The notes beneath the pieces were generated by a model, which saw nothing but the letters and a program-made list of their open reading frames with translations, ran no database searches and had not been told where the DNA came from. Of a DNA stretch of 64,000 bases, positions 22,062 through 34,168 are shown piece after piece; within the stretch, counting starts at the first letter, position 1; each line of letters begins with the position of its first letter. The stretch is from Strigamia acuminata (taxonomy: Eukaryota). The stretch covers positions 30,442,001-30,506,000 of the forward strand of contig OX442314.1 in assembly GCA_949358305.1 (NCBI GenBank), given 5' to 3'. Position numbers and translations under genes: made by a program.

Positions 22062-25000
22062 ATGGATGCGGACATTATTTACACCTACTTATTTCATTAT
22101 TACCAATACTGGCTGTCGCTTGGTGTCATTGGATTAGTGTCATCGTGGTATATGTAAGTACTGAAACACATTTTTACAGCAAAATATTTTCATTTGTTAC
22201 TTGTCATTGAAAGGAAGCAAATATGTGATTGCATAATTCGTATAATTACATGTTTGAATAGAATTTTTATGAGATATTGATGCCAATTCTTATTTATGTG
22301 AGGAAAATGATTAAAAATTTAAAGAGAAAGGAAAATCTACTTCGATTGTATCATAAATTAAAAAAGGGGAGGATGAATGATAAGCATTGTGCCGTCTATG
22401 GTGAAGGTCATATGGAACGTGTACCATGGCTTAATATTTTGTGACGGTTATGACATCATATCAAATAAATAACTAATAATACCACTAGATGGCACTGTAA
22501 GCTATTTTAGCGGCAAATTTGGTTTAATTACATCAAAATGATATAAAATATACAGCCTCCATTTACTATTTCATCTTGTCAGACTTATCTCGAATTTAGG
22601 AAGTTTGACTGCATTGGCTAAGAATGTTAAAATACTAGCGCCGGTCCGTCATCGTCACAAATTTGTTAATTAAACTTGAAAAAAGGCACACAAAAAACAA
22701 CTTTGGTTGGTTTCAGGATGAAGGGTGATGGTCAATTGAACTCTTCAAAAGGAGGAATGGCATTTGAGATGCATTTTTCTTTGTGGTTCTAGAATATGTC
22801 ATTAGATGTCGTACTCATTATGATTACACTGATTTTGCTGAGATAATCTTTGATACTGAAGATATATCAGTTCATTGCATTATGAATGTGAATTTAGCTT
22901 GAGTAACATCAAACAAGTGTTGCACAGGAAAAAATATCCAGATTCTCAGTAATTTGTTTGATTATTATCAATTCTGGATTGGCTCTTTCTTTGGATTGAT
23001 AGTTTTATTGTACATGTTAGTTTCCTTTTATACTTTTTATATCATATCATATTGTAGCAGTTTATATATTTTTTTATATCTTACATTTTTATAAATAATT
23101 GTAAAAAAAAATATTAAATGATTAATTTTTTTTACTGTATTGCGAACACATGATTTTTGTTTATGATTCTTCTTGTTACATTTTTATCTTGATAAGCCAT
23201 CTGTAAATCAAAACTGACAGATTATGAATTAGCAAGGTTTGGCTCTTAAACTAGAATCGGAAGTGGGAAATTCGGATTATAAACACTGTTGAGATGCTTT
23301 AAACAGACTTATTCTCTGAAATAAAATGGTTAATAATGTCTAGGGGTAAAATGAATACAAGGTAAGTATAATAAATTATCACAGTTAATGTTTTATTTGG
23401 TTAAAATACAGTAATTAATAATAACCTAAACTAATAATGACTAGAAACAAAGAAATGAATAATGAAATGTGCGCGAAAATGGCGGGAACGTTGTTGACTG
23501 ACTCCGGAGATGCTCACCGTGGTCCTCGATGGCTGGCTCGTTAGCAGAGATCACTGAATAACAGTAGTGGAAATGCATGTGTCAACTGTGGCTGATACGC
23601 ACGAAAACGCTGGCTTTGCAAACTTAGCAAAGATAGTAGAATGTCTCAAATCACAAGAAACGTAATACGGTCATCGGTCAGTACAATGCAGTATTGGCAG
23701 AGCTGTATTGGTTGTTTGTTTAGTTGTAAATTCAAGAGTGTGCCAAAACTCTAAATTTTAGCCCAGCACACTTCGGATCTGCGCAGCAGATATGCACAAT
23801 GAGCGCATTTTGGTGCAACAAAGGAATTATTGCACCAAAACGGTTAATTTGCAACCCACCCCAGTCAAATTGGGGTGAGGTGTGCCTGGGTAGTTTTCAC
23901 CTCCAAGACTCAGCAAAGTAATTAAAAATAATAAATATTTCTAAGTGGTACAACGAATACATAAAAATATACTTGAGATCACCACAATATGAAAAACAAC
24001 CACCACATAAATGTACCAAATATATGTACAATTTTTGCATTATAATATTTTTATCTATTTAAATAAGTAAACATAATTTCTTGTTAATTTTTTTTCTATG
24101 TTCGAATTATCTCATTTTCAACAGATATTTAACATGGAATTTCGATTATTGGAAAAAGCAAGGTGTACCTGGTGAAAAACCTCGCCTGTTTATTGGAACA
24201 TTTAAACCGATATGGATATACGTAAGTTTTTAAACTAATTTGTTAAAATTCAATTTGCATAATAAATTTCTTTTTTTTTCAATTTACAATTAAAATATCG
24301 AAAATTCGAATACGTTTTATTTATTCGTAGACGATGCAAGATGAAGATGTGAAAGCAATGAAAAAATTTGGCCATGTGCATGGGTAATACACCATATACA
24401 GAATATATTCAAAAAGATGGTTGATGTAGATTTTATGTTTTCTATGCCATATGGCACAACCACTCTGACCGAGGGCCCAGTGGACAACTCCTTCCACAAG
24501 GGGGAGTTGCCAGTTTCTGAAGTACCGCAAACAGAAGATGAATGGCGCAAAAGTGGCTAACCAGGACTAGTGTAGATATGACCAGCAAGCAAGACAGTTA
24601 TGTCAGGAGTTTCTACACTCTTGTTCATTATGGTGATGCTTAAAGAGATGGGTGTTACACTATTCCCAGGACCGTGAATCTGAATGATCGCATGGGTCAA
24701 GTGTAATCTGTCCGTAGTTGCAATGGGAAAGGCATGGAGACACTGACAGCTAAACGACTTACAATAAAGGCAATTAAAGGCAATTAAACATTGAATGGAG
24801 TGTCGTGTGTCGTGTTTCATGTGTCCAGTATTATAAGAATGACCCTAAAGACTTTACCGAGCCCATCCACAAACAAAAGATATGCAGTGAAGCAAATATT
24901 TCTCAAACTTCTATCATGTATCGTAAAACATATAGTTGAAAATTATTTGTTTCAGAGGATTCGTTGGTGCTGCACCCTTGTTGACTGTGTCTGACCCTGA

Positions 25001-26871
25001 GCTAGTGAGACAAATACTGGTAAAAGATTTTGCTGCATTTCCAAATAGAAGAAGTTTTCCAAGTATGGCGAAAGATAAAATCATGGGAAATTTGCTCTCG
25101 ATACTGCAAGATGACAAGTGGAAAATGGTACGAAACACGCTTACTCCAACATATACATCTGGAAAACTGAAGCAGGTGATTTACACGAATGGCTATTGAA
25201 GAGGAAAGAGATTTAGTTTTTGATTAATATACAGATGGTTGGTTTAATAGAAGAATGTTCGCAAAAATTGACGAATTCTTTTAAAATTCCGGCTGAAAAT
25301 GGAGAACCGATTGAGTTAACCAAGTATGCGTAATATACTAAATTTAAACACATAAAATAAATGATATATTTGATTTTTTTTTAGAAAATTCCCTTTGTTG
25401 ACTTTGGATATAATCTCAAGTGTTGCATTTGGGATGAGTGTAAATTGCATTGACAACCCTGACACTGAATTCGTGGTTAACGCGCAAAAAGCTTTTCGCG
25501 GAAATGTAAAAGCTTTTTATTTGTTATGTAAGTAGGCCTACTTATATATCTATTTATTTCAATGCCTTCTTCAGCGAAAAGGAGTAGTTAATTTAAAAAA
25601 ATTTATTTGCAGTTATTTTCCCGTACATATTAAAATTTCTTCCAAATCTTATAACTAGTCCGTTCAAATACTTCGCCACAATTGCAAACCAATCAATTGA
25701 CATGAGACTAAAAAATAAAGATGTAAGAAAAATAGACTTTATTTAAATATATGTAGACTGAACTAAATACAAATATCCTATTGAATTAATTGAATTAGTT
25801 TGCGAGAAAAGACTTTCTTCAAATCATGTTAGAAGCTGAAATTCCTAATGATGACAAAACAGATGATCAATCAACTGGCCCTAAAAAAAGTAATGTTTTG
25901 ATTTAACTCGTACTTCGACGAAACAATCAGCTCATAATCAATTTGAAATTTTTTACAGCACTCAACAGAGATATTATTGTAGCACAAAGTATACTTTTCA
26001 TATTAGCTGGTCATGAAACGACAGCAAACACATTAAATTTCATGGCTTATGAACTCGCCAGAAACCAAGACATTCAAGACAAACTGATAAAAGAAGTGGA
26101 TGATGTCATGACTGATTCCAAGGTATAACAAATTGTGTTATATGGTGAAGTGTTGACTTTCAAAATTTATTTTAGGGCAAACTTTCATACGAAGGAGTAG
26201 CTTCAATGCGGTATTTGGATATGGTCACCTCTGAAACACTAAGAAAATATCCTCCAGCCGTTCGGTAAATTGATAATCAATTTACTAATTCTGAAAATTA
26301 ATTTAGAGAATAATTTCTGATCATTTTTTTAGTCTTGACCGAGTGTGTTCTGAAGAGAATTACAAGTTGAATGGAATTACTCTAAGAAAAGGAATGCTGA
26401 TATCGATTCCAGTTTACGCCATGCATTATAATCCAGAATTCTACCCTAACCCAAGTGTTTTTGATCCTGAAAGGTCAATTTGCTTTAATTTGAAACAAAT
26501 TACGAAGGTTATAAATATAAATGAAAAATATTTAAACAGATTTTCGCCAGAAATGAAGGCCCAACGACATCCATTCGCTTATCTTCCATTTGGAGAGGGT
26601 CCGAGGAATTGTATTGCAAAGAGATTTGCATTATTGGAAGCTAAACTCGTTATGGTGCATATGCTCTATAATTACCGATTTCAAACTTGCGAAGAAACTG
26701 ACGTATGTCTTTATTGTTAATAATTAAACCAACATCTGAAAAAAAATTTATTTTGAAATGTAGTATCCGATAAAGATGAACAAAGGGACGGGTTTACTAC
26801 AACCAACATCGATCATACTTAAATTGCAAAAGAGAGTGGATCAACCACATTTTGAAGCAACTGCTGAATAA
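22062..26871 (+). CDS. Cytochrome P450, CYP3 clan, copy 4
   Basis: First exon MDADIIYTY 22062-22153, exon 2 from 24125, all motifs present, stop TAA 26869-26871. Confidence 0.92.
22431..22669. mobile_element. Small inverted-repeat element with TTAA ends, unclassified
   Basis: ttaatattttgtgacg ... cgtcacaaatttgttaa; contains ccactagatggcac. Confidence 0.4.
22936..23015 (+). pseudogene. Dead second first-exon (type B) inside intron 1 of copy 4
   Basis: 80-nt homologue of copy 1 exon 293-372; ATG changed to ATC; GT donor retained. Confidence 0.82.
23337..23690 (-). mobile_element. LTR-like dispersed repeat (same family as 54167-54584; partial copy at ~10730-10821)
   Basis: TG...CA ends; shares gaaaatggcgg, ctgactccggaga, gtggtcctcgatggc and gctcgttagcag with the reverse complement of 54167-54584; no clean TSD. 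Confidence 0.6.
24419..24873 (-). mobile_element. Paralogous copy of the intron-3 retroposon-like insertion (copy 4)
   Basis: Near-identical to 11551-11992 at the same intron position, with caaaagat flanks. Confidence 0.6.
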
Positions 26872-27236
26872 AGAAAAATATAACTGCTGGAGTTTTTTTT
26901 ATTTGATTATTATTATTGGAAATAAGTACTGTATGGGTTAATAAACTCTTAATTATGAATTTGAAATGAATAAAGTTTTCAGGACTTAAGCTAATTCTAT
27001 AATGAAATATTTTTTTTTCTTTTCTGTCTTAAATAAAAATTATTTTCAACAAAAATTAATTTGATTTCACATAGAAAAATTGCTCGAGTCCAAATATGTT
27101 CCCAGTTTGTAAAATTGGTTACTAGATGTAGCTGACCGATCCTTTGTTTATAAGTTACAGGCATAAAGTAAGGATATTTATTATCCTCTATGTTACAGGC
27201 TTTGTGGTGTGTAACTGGCCAATAAGTTTTAAAAAT

Positions 27237-30200
27237 ATGGAGATTTTAAGTTACTTGTCTGATTATCAATTGTGGATCGGACCCTTCTTTGGATTGGTAG
27301 TTTTGTGGTACATGTGAGTATTTTTAGAAATCTTGACATTTTAAAAGCAGGAGTGTAAAAATGGTGTTTATTCTTTCAATTAGCGTGTGACGTCACACAC
27401 TATCGTATTTATTGCTGTTGTTTAACCAAAAAAAAATTTTGAGTCTGAAAGACAGCTTTGCATCGTTTTTTTTTTAAAAAAATTATTAATTTGAAAATAA
27501 ATACATAAAAGAATCATTATGGTGTGTTATCTTGAATGTGATTGCAATCTGTTTGGCTTGTGCTAAATATAGAACCTATATCATTGCAAAATTTTATGAA
27601 AGTAAAAAATAATATTCCGAATTTACTCTATTTTAACAGATACTACACGTGGGATTTTGATTATTGGAAAAAACAAGGAATACCTGGCGATAAACCTCAC
27701 CTATTTGTTGGAACATTGAAACCAACATGGAAACACGTAAGTCCCTTACACTAACTATTCAACTATCTTATCCTTGTATATTTATTCACTATTATAGAGT
27801 ATGCAAGATCAAGATGTAGAAAGAATGAGAAAATTTGGCCATGTGCATGGGTAATCACAATACTTGTATATTGTTAACTGTGGATTTCAACAGCTTATTT
27901 TGGCTAATTTTATAAACCCATTAATTTAACACGCACTTACAAGTTAGTTTTACATACATTCAGACCACTGTAGACAAGTAGGAGTCAACACATCAGTTAA
28001 GCAGCATTGGGTCTGGTTAGTACCTGGATGGTTGACCTACTGGTAATCGCAGTTATCTCTCAACGTTGCTGATTAAGCTCTTGTTTCTATGGCTAGAATT
28101 TCTTCTGTCTACCTCCACTTGGTTTTCTATAGTTGTTTTCCCAGTTCTCAGTGTAAATGCAAGGTTGGGTTCTTAATCCGTAAGAAAGTTGTTCTACAGA
28201 TCACGGCTTGAACGGTCGAATCTCCTATGACTTATCGTTGGAGCTGCGTCCTGATTGCAGCTAATCAGGACAGAGGATTAAGCAAGGTCTCCTGGTGGCT
28301 TGACTGCCATCTTGGAGACAGGTCAATCTCCAGTCCCACGCTGACTGGTTGTGAGAGCTCTGCGATGAAGGAGACGATGGCGACTTTGGTCGCAATGAAA
28401 GACGTGATTGCTCTCAAGTCCGAAATGACTTGAGGCGACTCGTTGGCCGTGCTGCAATGCACAGCAGGTAAATGCAATCCGACCACGCTGCCCATGTGGT
28501 CCTTGACCACGTCGTTGGACTGGGCTGGTGATAACAAGGTGAACGCGCAACCCCTAGACAACTACCAATAAAGATTATATCAATCAAACTGTGTGTTCTC
28601 TTGTGTTGTTTGTAATCGTGAATGCACGATTCTCGACCGCCACTCACAGATTTATATTTCAGAGGATTTGTTGCTGCTGGACCCGTGTTATTTGTATCTG
28701 ATCCTGAGCTTGTGAGACGAATATTGGTAAAAGATTTTGCAGCATTTCCAAATAGACCAGTTTTTGGAGGTATGGAGAAGGATAAAATTATGGGGAATAT
28801 GCTGTTTGGAATGACAGGTGACAAATGGAAAATGGTGCGAAACACGCTTACTCCAACTTATACATCAGGGAAGCTAAAACAGGTGATTTGTATGAATGCT
28901 GTGAAGAGGAAAGAGATTTAGTTCTTTTTAAATACAGATGGTTGGTTTGATAGAAGAATGTTTGCAAAATTTGACGACTTCTCTAAAAACTCCAGCTGAG
29001 AATGGAGAACCAATCGAGTTTACCAAGTATGCATAATATTAAATTTAAATACACAAAATAAATAATTTATATTATTATTTTTTAGAAAATTCCCTTTGTT
29101 GACTTTGGATATAATTTCAAGTGTCGCATTTGGGATGAAAATTAATTGCATTGACAACCCTGATACTGAATTTGTTATTAAAGCACAAAAAGCTTTCCGC
29201 GGAAATGCTAAAGTTGTTTATTTTTTATGTATGTATTTATACAAATTGTTTTAATTGTAGACTATTATTTTATTGATTAATTGTTTTTTAATTTTTTTTG
29301 CAGTTATTTTATCTTTCATGCTTAAATTTCTTCCAAACTTTTTTCCTAATCCATTCAAATACTTCGCCACAATTGCAAACCAATCAATTGACATGAGACT
29401 TAAAAATAAAGATGTATGAAACAAAATCGCTATCTAAATATATACACTAAACACAAATATTCTATTTAATTATTTGTATTTAGTTTACAAGAAGAGACTT
29501 CCTTCAAATCATGTTAGAAGCTGAAATACCGAATGACGAGACAGACAATGACCAATCAACTGGTTCTAAAAAAAGTAAAGTTCTGATTTAGAGTAACTAA
29601 ACATCCAGCTCATAACAAAATCTCATTTTTATAGCACTCACCAGAGATATTATTGTAGCACAAACTATACTCTTTATATTGGCTGGTCACGAAACAACAG
29701 CAAATACAATAAATTTCATGGCTTATGAACTCGCTATAAACCAAGACATTCAAGAGAAACTTATAAAAGAAGTGGATGATGTCATGACTGATTCCAAGGT
29801 ATAACAAATTGTGTTATATGGTCAAGTGTTGACATTAGAAATTCATTTTAGGGCAAACTTTTGTACGAGGGAGTAACATCAATGCGATATTTGGATATGG
29901 TCACCTCTGAAACACTCAGAAAATATCCTCCAGCCGTTCGGTAAATTGAAAATTATTTTATTAAATCTGAAAATTAATTTAGAGAATAATTTCTGATTTT
30001 TTTTTATAGTCTTGACCGAGTGTGTTCTGAAGAGAATTACAAATTGAATGGAATTACTCTAAGGAAGGGAATACTGATATCAGTTCCTGTTTACGCGATG
30101 CATCATAATCCAGAATTCTATCCTAATCCAAGTGTTTTTGATCCTGAAAGGTCATTTTACTTTCATTTGAAACAAATTATGTAAGTTATAAATATAAATG

Positions 30201-30549
30201 AAAAACATTTATACAGATTTTCGCCGGAAATGATGGCCCAACGAAATCCATTCACTTATCTTCCATTTGGAGAGGGTCCGAGGAATTGCATTGCAAAGAG
30301 ATTCGCATTGTTGGAAGCTAAACTCGTCATAGTGCATATGCTATATAATTATCGCTTTCAAACTTGTGAAGAAACTGAGGTATACTTACTGATTGGTAAT
30401 AACTAAATCAATATCTGAAAACCATTTCTATTGAATTTTAGTATCCCATAAAGATGTACAAAGGGGGCGGTTTGCTGCAACCAGAATCAGTGAAACTTGT
30501 GTTGCAGAAAAGAGTGGACCAACCACATTTCGAAGAAACTGTAGAATAA
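27237..30549 (+). CDS. Cytochrome P450, CYP3 clan, copy 5
   Basis: First exon MEILSYLSDY, 13-exon layout, all motifs present, stop TAA 30547-30549. Confidence 0.92.
27995..28225 (+). mobile_element. 5S rRNA-derived SINE-like fragment in intron 3 of copy 5
   Basis: agttaagcagcattgggtctggttagtacctggatggttgacc resembles the 5S internal control region (box A/IE/C), followed by a non-5S body. Boundaries uncertain. Confidence 0.6.
28228..28648 (+). mobile_element. LTR-like segment in intron 3 of copy 5
   Basis: GC-richer block with aataaa near its end and a ...tcaca terminus 14 nt before exon 4; absent from paralogs; left end and TSD unclear. Confidence 0.5.
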
Positions 30550-30917
30550 AGCAAAATATAACTGCACAATTTTTTTTTTTATTGAAAATAAAATATTTTA
30601 TGGGTAAATTATTAATTTAGTTTTGCATTTGGATTTCTAACAAGAGTAGGTTTACGTAAATGGACAATCCTTACAGGATTTAAGGCAAAATATAATGAAA
30701 TGTTTTTTTTACGACTCTCTATTAAATGAAATCATTGAAAACAAAGATTAATTTGATTTAAAATAGAAAATGTACGTGTAATTTTTCAGTGAGTCCAAAT
30801 ATTTTCCCAGTTTGTAAAACTAGTTACCAGATGTCACTGACTGTATTTGTTGTTTCAGTTAAAACCTCTCGGGCGTGCACGGGCATGCAACTGCCTAATA
30901 AGTTTTAAAAATAAGTC

Positions 30918-33788
30918 ATGGAGATTTTAAGTTACCTGTTTGATTATCAATTGTGGATCGGGTTCTTCTTTGGATTAATCGTTTTGTGGTACATGTGAGT
31001 ATTATTTAGAAATCTTAACATTTTAAACACAGGAGTTTAATTAAGGTGTTTACTCCTTCAATTAACATGGATTGACGTCACACACCATCGTTTTTATTAC
31101 TGTTGTGTAACGAAAAAACAATTTTGATTTTAAAAGACAGCTTTCAATCGTTTTTTAAATAAACAAAGAAAAGAATCACGTGATATATAATATGGTGTGT
31201 TATCGTGAATCTGATTGCAATCTCATTGGCTTGTGCTAATTATAGAACTAAGGGTTGTGAGATTTCACGAGAATAAAAAATTAATTATTAATTTACTACA
31301 TTTTAACAGATACTATACGTGGGATTATGATTATTGGACAAAACAAGGAATACCTGGCGAAAAACCTCAACTATTTATTGGAACATTGAAACCAACATGG
31401 AAACACGTAAATCTCTAAAATTTACAATTGAATTATCTCATCTTATTTTTGGAAATTTATTTAATTTATTATCAGTCTATTCAAGATCAGGATATGGAAG
31501 GAATGAAAAAATATGGCCATGTGCATGGGTAAGCACAATATACGACTAACATTCATAAAGATTTGCAGTGAAGCTAACATTTCTCAAACTTGGGTTGAAA
31601 ATTATTTATATTTCAGAGGATTTGTTGGTGCTTTACCTACGTTGTTTGTGTCTGACCCTGAGCTTTTGAGACAAATACTGGTAAAAGATTTTGCAGCATT
31701 TCCAAACAGAACAGTTTTTAAAGCTACGGAGAAAGATAAAATTATGGGCAATATGCTTTCGGTAATGAAAGGTGACAAATGGAAAATGGTGCGAAACACG
31801 CTTTCTCCAACATATACGTCCGGGAAGCTGAAACAGGTGATTATACGAATGACTCAAGCAGTTCAAAAGGTACATTACTATTAATAATTCCTTAATTAAT
31901 ACAGATGGTTGGTTTGATAGAAGAATGTTTGCAAAATCTAACGGCCAATCTAAAAACTTCAGCTGAGAAAGGAGAACCAATTGAATTTACAAAGTATGCA
32001 TAATACTTCGGATGTAAAAACATAAAATGAATGAATTATTTTGTATTTCAGGAAATTCTCTGTGTTGACTTTAGATATAATTGCAAAAGTTGCATTTGGG
32101 ATGAAAGTTAATTGCATTGACAACCCTGACACGGAGTTTGTGGTTAAAGCGCAGAAAGCTTTTCGTGGAAATGCTAAACTTTTCTACATCGTTTGTAAGT
32201 ATATTGTTAGCAAACAACAGTTTGTTTTGTTTTAATTATCATGACAGTAAATTGTACGGGTATTTATTGATTTAAAAAATTATTTGCAGTTATTTTTGCC
32301 TTCTTTTTCAAGTGGTTTCCAAGTTTTATGATAGCTAGTCCATTCAAATACTTTGCCACAGTTGCAAACCAATCAATCGACATGAGACTAAAAAATAAAA
32401 ATGTAAAACATTGCAAATTGTTTTAAGATTGAATATTAAATTATTTCATTTAGTTTGTAGGAAAAGACGTACTTCAAATCATGTTAGATGCTGAAATACC
32501 TAACGACGAGACAGACCACGTCCAATCAACTGGTCCTAAAAAAAGTATTGTTCAAAACTTAACTTTTGTATTTGTAGCAGAGTACTGAACATCAAGCTCA
32601 TGGTCTCTTTTATTGCAGCACTTACCAGAGATATTATTGTCGCACAAAGTATACTTTTCATACTAGCCGGTCATGAAACAACAGCAACCACATTAAATTT
32701 CATGGCTTATGAACTCGCCATAAACCAGGACATGCAAGACATACTGATAAAAGAAGTGGATGATGTCATGATGGATTCCAAGGTATATCAAATTGTGCTG
32801 TGTGGTGAAGTGTTGACATTAGAAATTCATTTTAGGGCAAACTTTCGTACGAAGGAGTAGCATCAATGCGATATTTGGATATGGTCACCTCAGAAACACT
32901 TAGAAAATACCCGCCAGCTGTACGGTAAAATTAAAATTAAATTACTATTGAGTGTTTGGACGGACGCCACGTGGTCATGGAAGGGCTACAAGACGTTGGA
33001 CGCAACCGTTCACCATGTTGGTAGTTGGGACAACTCGTGGGCCACTGTAGGGCCCACCCACTTCCGGAAGGGTCACTTTCAGGGCCCGATAGGACAATCA
33101 AGGGCCTGCAGTTCCACCTGGTTGCGGGGAGACGCGAGAGCTGCGCCAAGTGCCTTGCGTTGCAGGCGAGTGATCAGCGCGCTGGGGAAGCTGGTCACAC
33201 TATCTTCGAAATTTAATTTAGAGAATTAATTTCTGCTGTTTTCTTTTTTAGTCTTGACCGAGTGTGTTCGGAAGAGGAATACAAGCTAAATGGGATTAAT
33301 ATAAGAAAAGGAATGTCGATAGCAGTTCCTGTTTACGCGATTCATCACAATTCTGAATTCTATCCTAATCCAAGTGTTTTCGATCCTGAAAGGTCATTTC
33401 TATTTAATTGAAAGCAAATTATTGAAGTTATAATTACAAATTAAAAAGATGCAAACAGATTTACACCAGAAATGAAGGCCCAACGAAATCCATTCACTTA
33501 TCTTCCATTTGGAGAGGGTCCGAGGAATTGCATTGCAAAGAGATTTGCATTATTGGAAGCTAAACTCGTCATGGTGCATATGTTGTACAATTACCGCTTT
33601 CAAACATGTGGGGAAACTGAGGTACGTGCTGATTCTTATTAATTACATCAGCATTTAATATAAAATACCTTTAAAAATTTTAGTATCCCGTAAAAATGCT
33701 AAAAGGTACCGGTTTTTTGCAACCAGAATCAATGAAACTTGTGTTACAGAAGAGAGTGGACCAACCGCATTTTGAAGAAACTGTTTAA
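30918..33788 (+). CDS. Cytochrome P450, CYP3 clan, copy 6
   Basis: First exon MEILSYLFDY, all motifs present, stop TAA 33786-33788. Confidence 0.92.
32949..33199. mobile_element. Solo LTR in intron 10 of copy 6
   Basis: 251 bp, TG...CA ends, 4-bp TSD ctat, absent from paralogous introns. Confidence 0.82.
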
Positions 33789-34168
33789 TTAAATCAATAA
33801 AGCAAAATAGATCTGCAAACAATATTTTAGTTGATGGTTATTGGAAATAAAATATTTTATAAAAGTAATAATTTATTAATATTTATAATTTTGGATTTGG
33901 ATTTGGATATCAACACACAGTTTACAGGATTTAAGGTAAATTATGAAAGTAAATTGCTTTTACTTTTCTATTATAAATGAAAATAATTTTTAATGAAAAT
34001 CAATTTAATTTAAAATAGAAAATTTGCTTTGTAATTTCTTAAGTGAGTTCAAATGTATTTCCAGTTTGAAAAACTTGTTATTAGATGTCGCTGACTGAAT
34101 CGTCAATTTAATTTCCAAGATTTGTGGTGGGCAACAGCAGAATTAAGTTCTGCCAAGAGAGAAAAGTC

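Noticed and set aside
22927..23015. Dead B exon used as an internal cassette exon
   Set aside because: Both nearby AG acceptors give in-frame stops after exon A.
27995..28052. Functional 5S rRNA gene
   Set aside because: Only the internal segment matches, with mismatches; the 5' half and terminator are missing.
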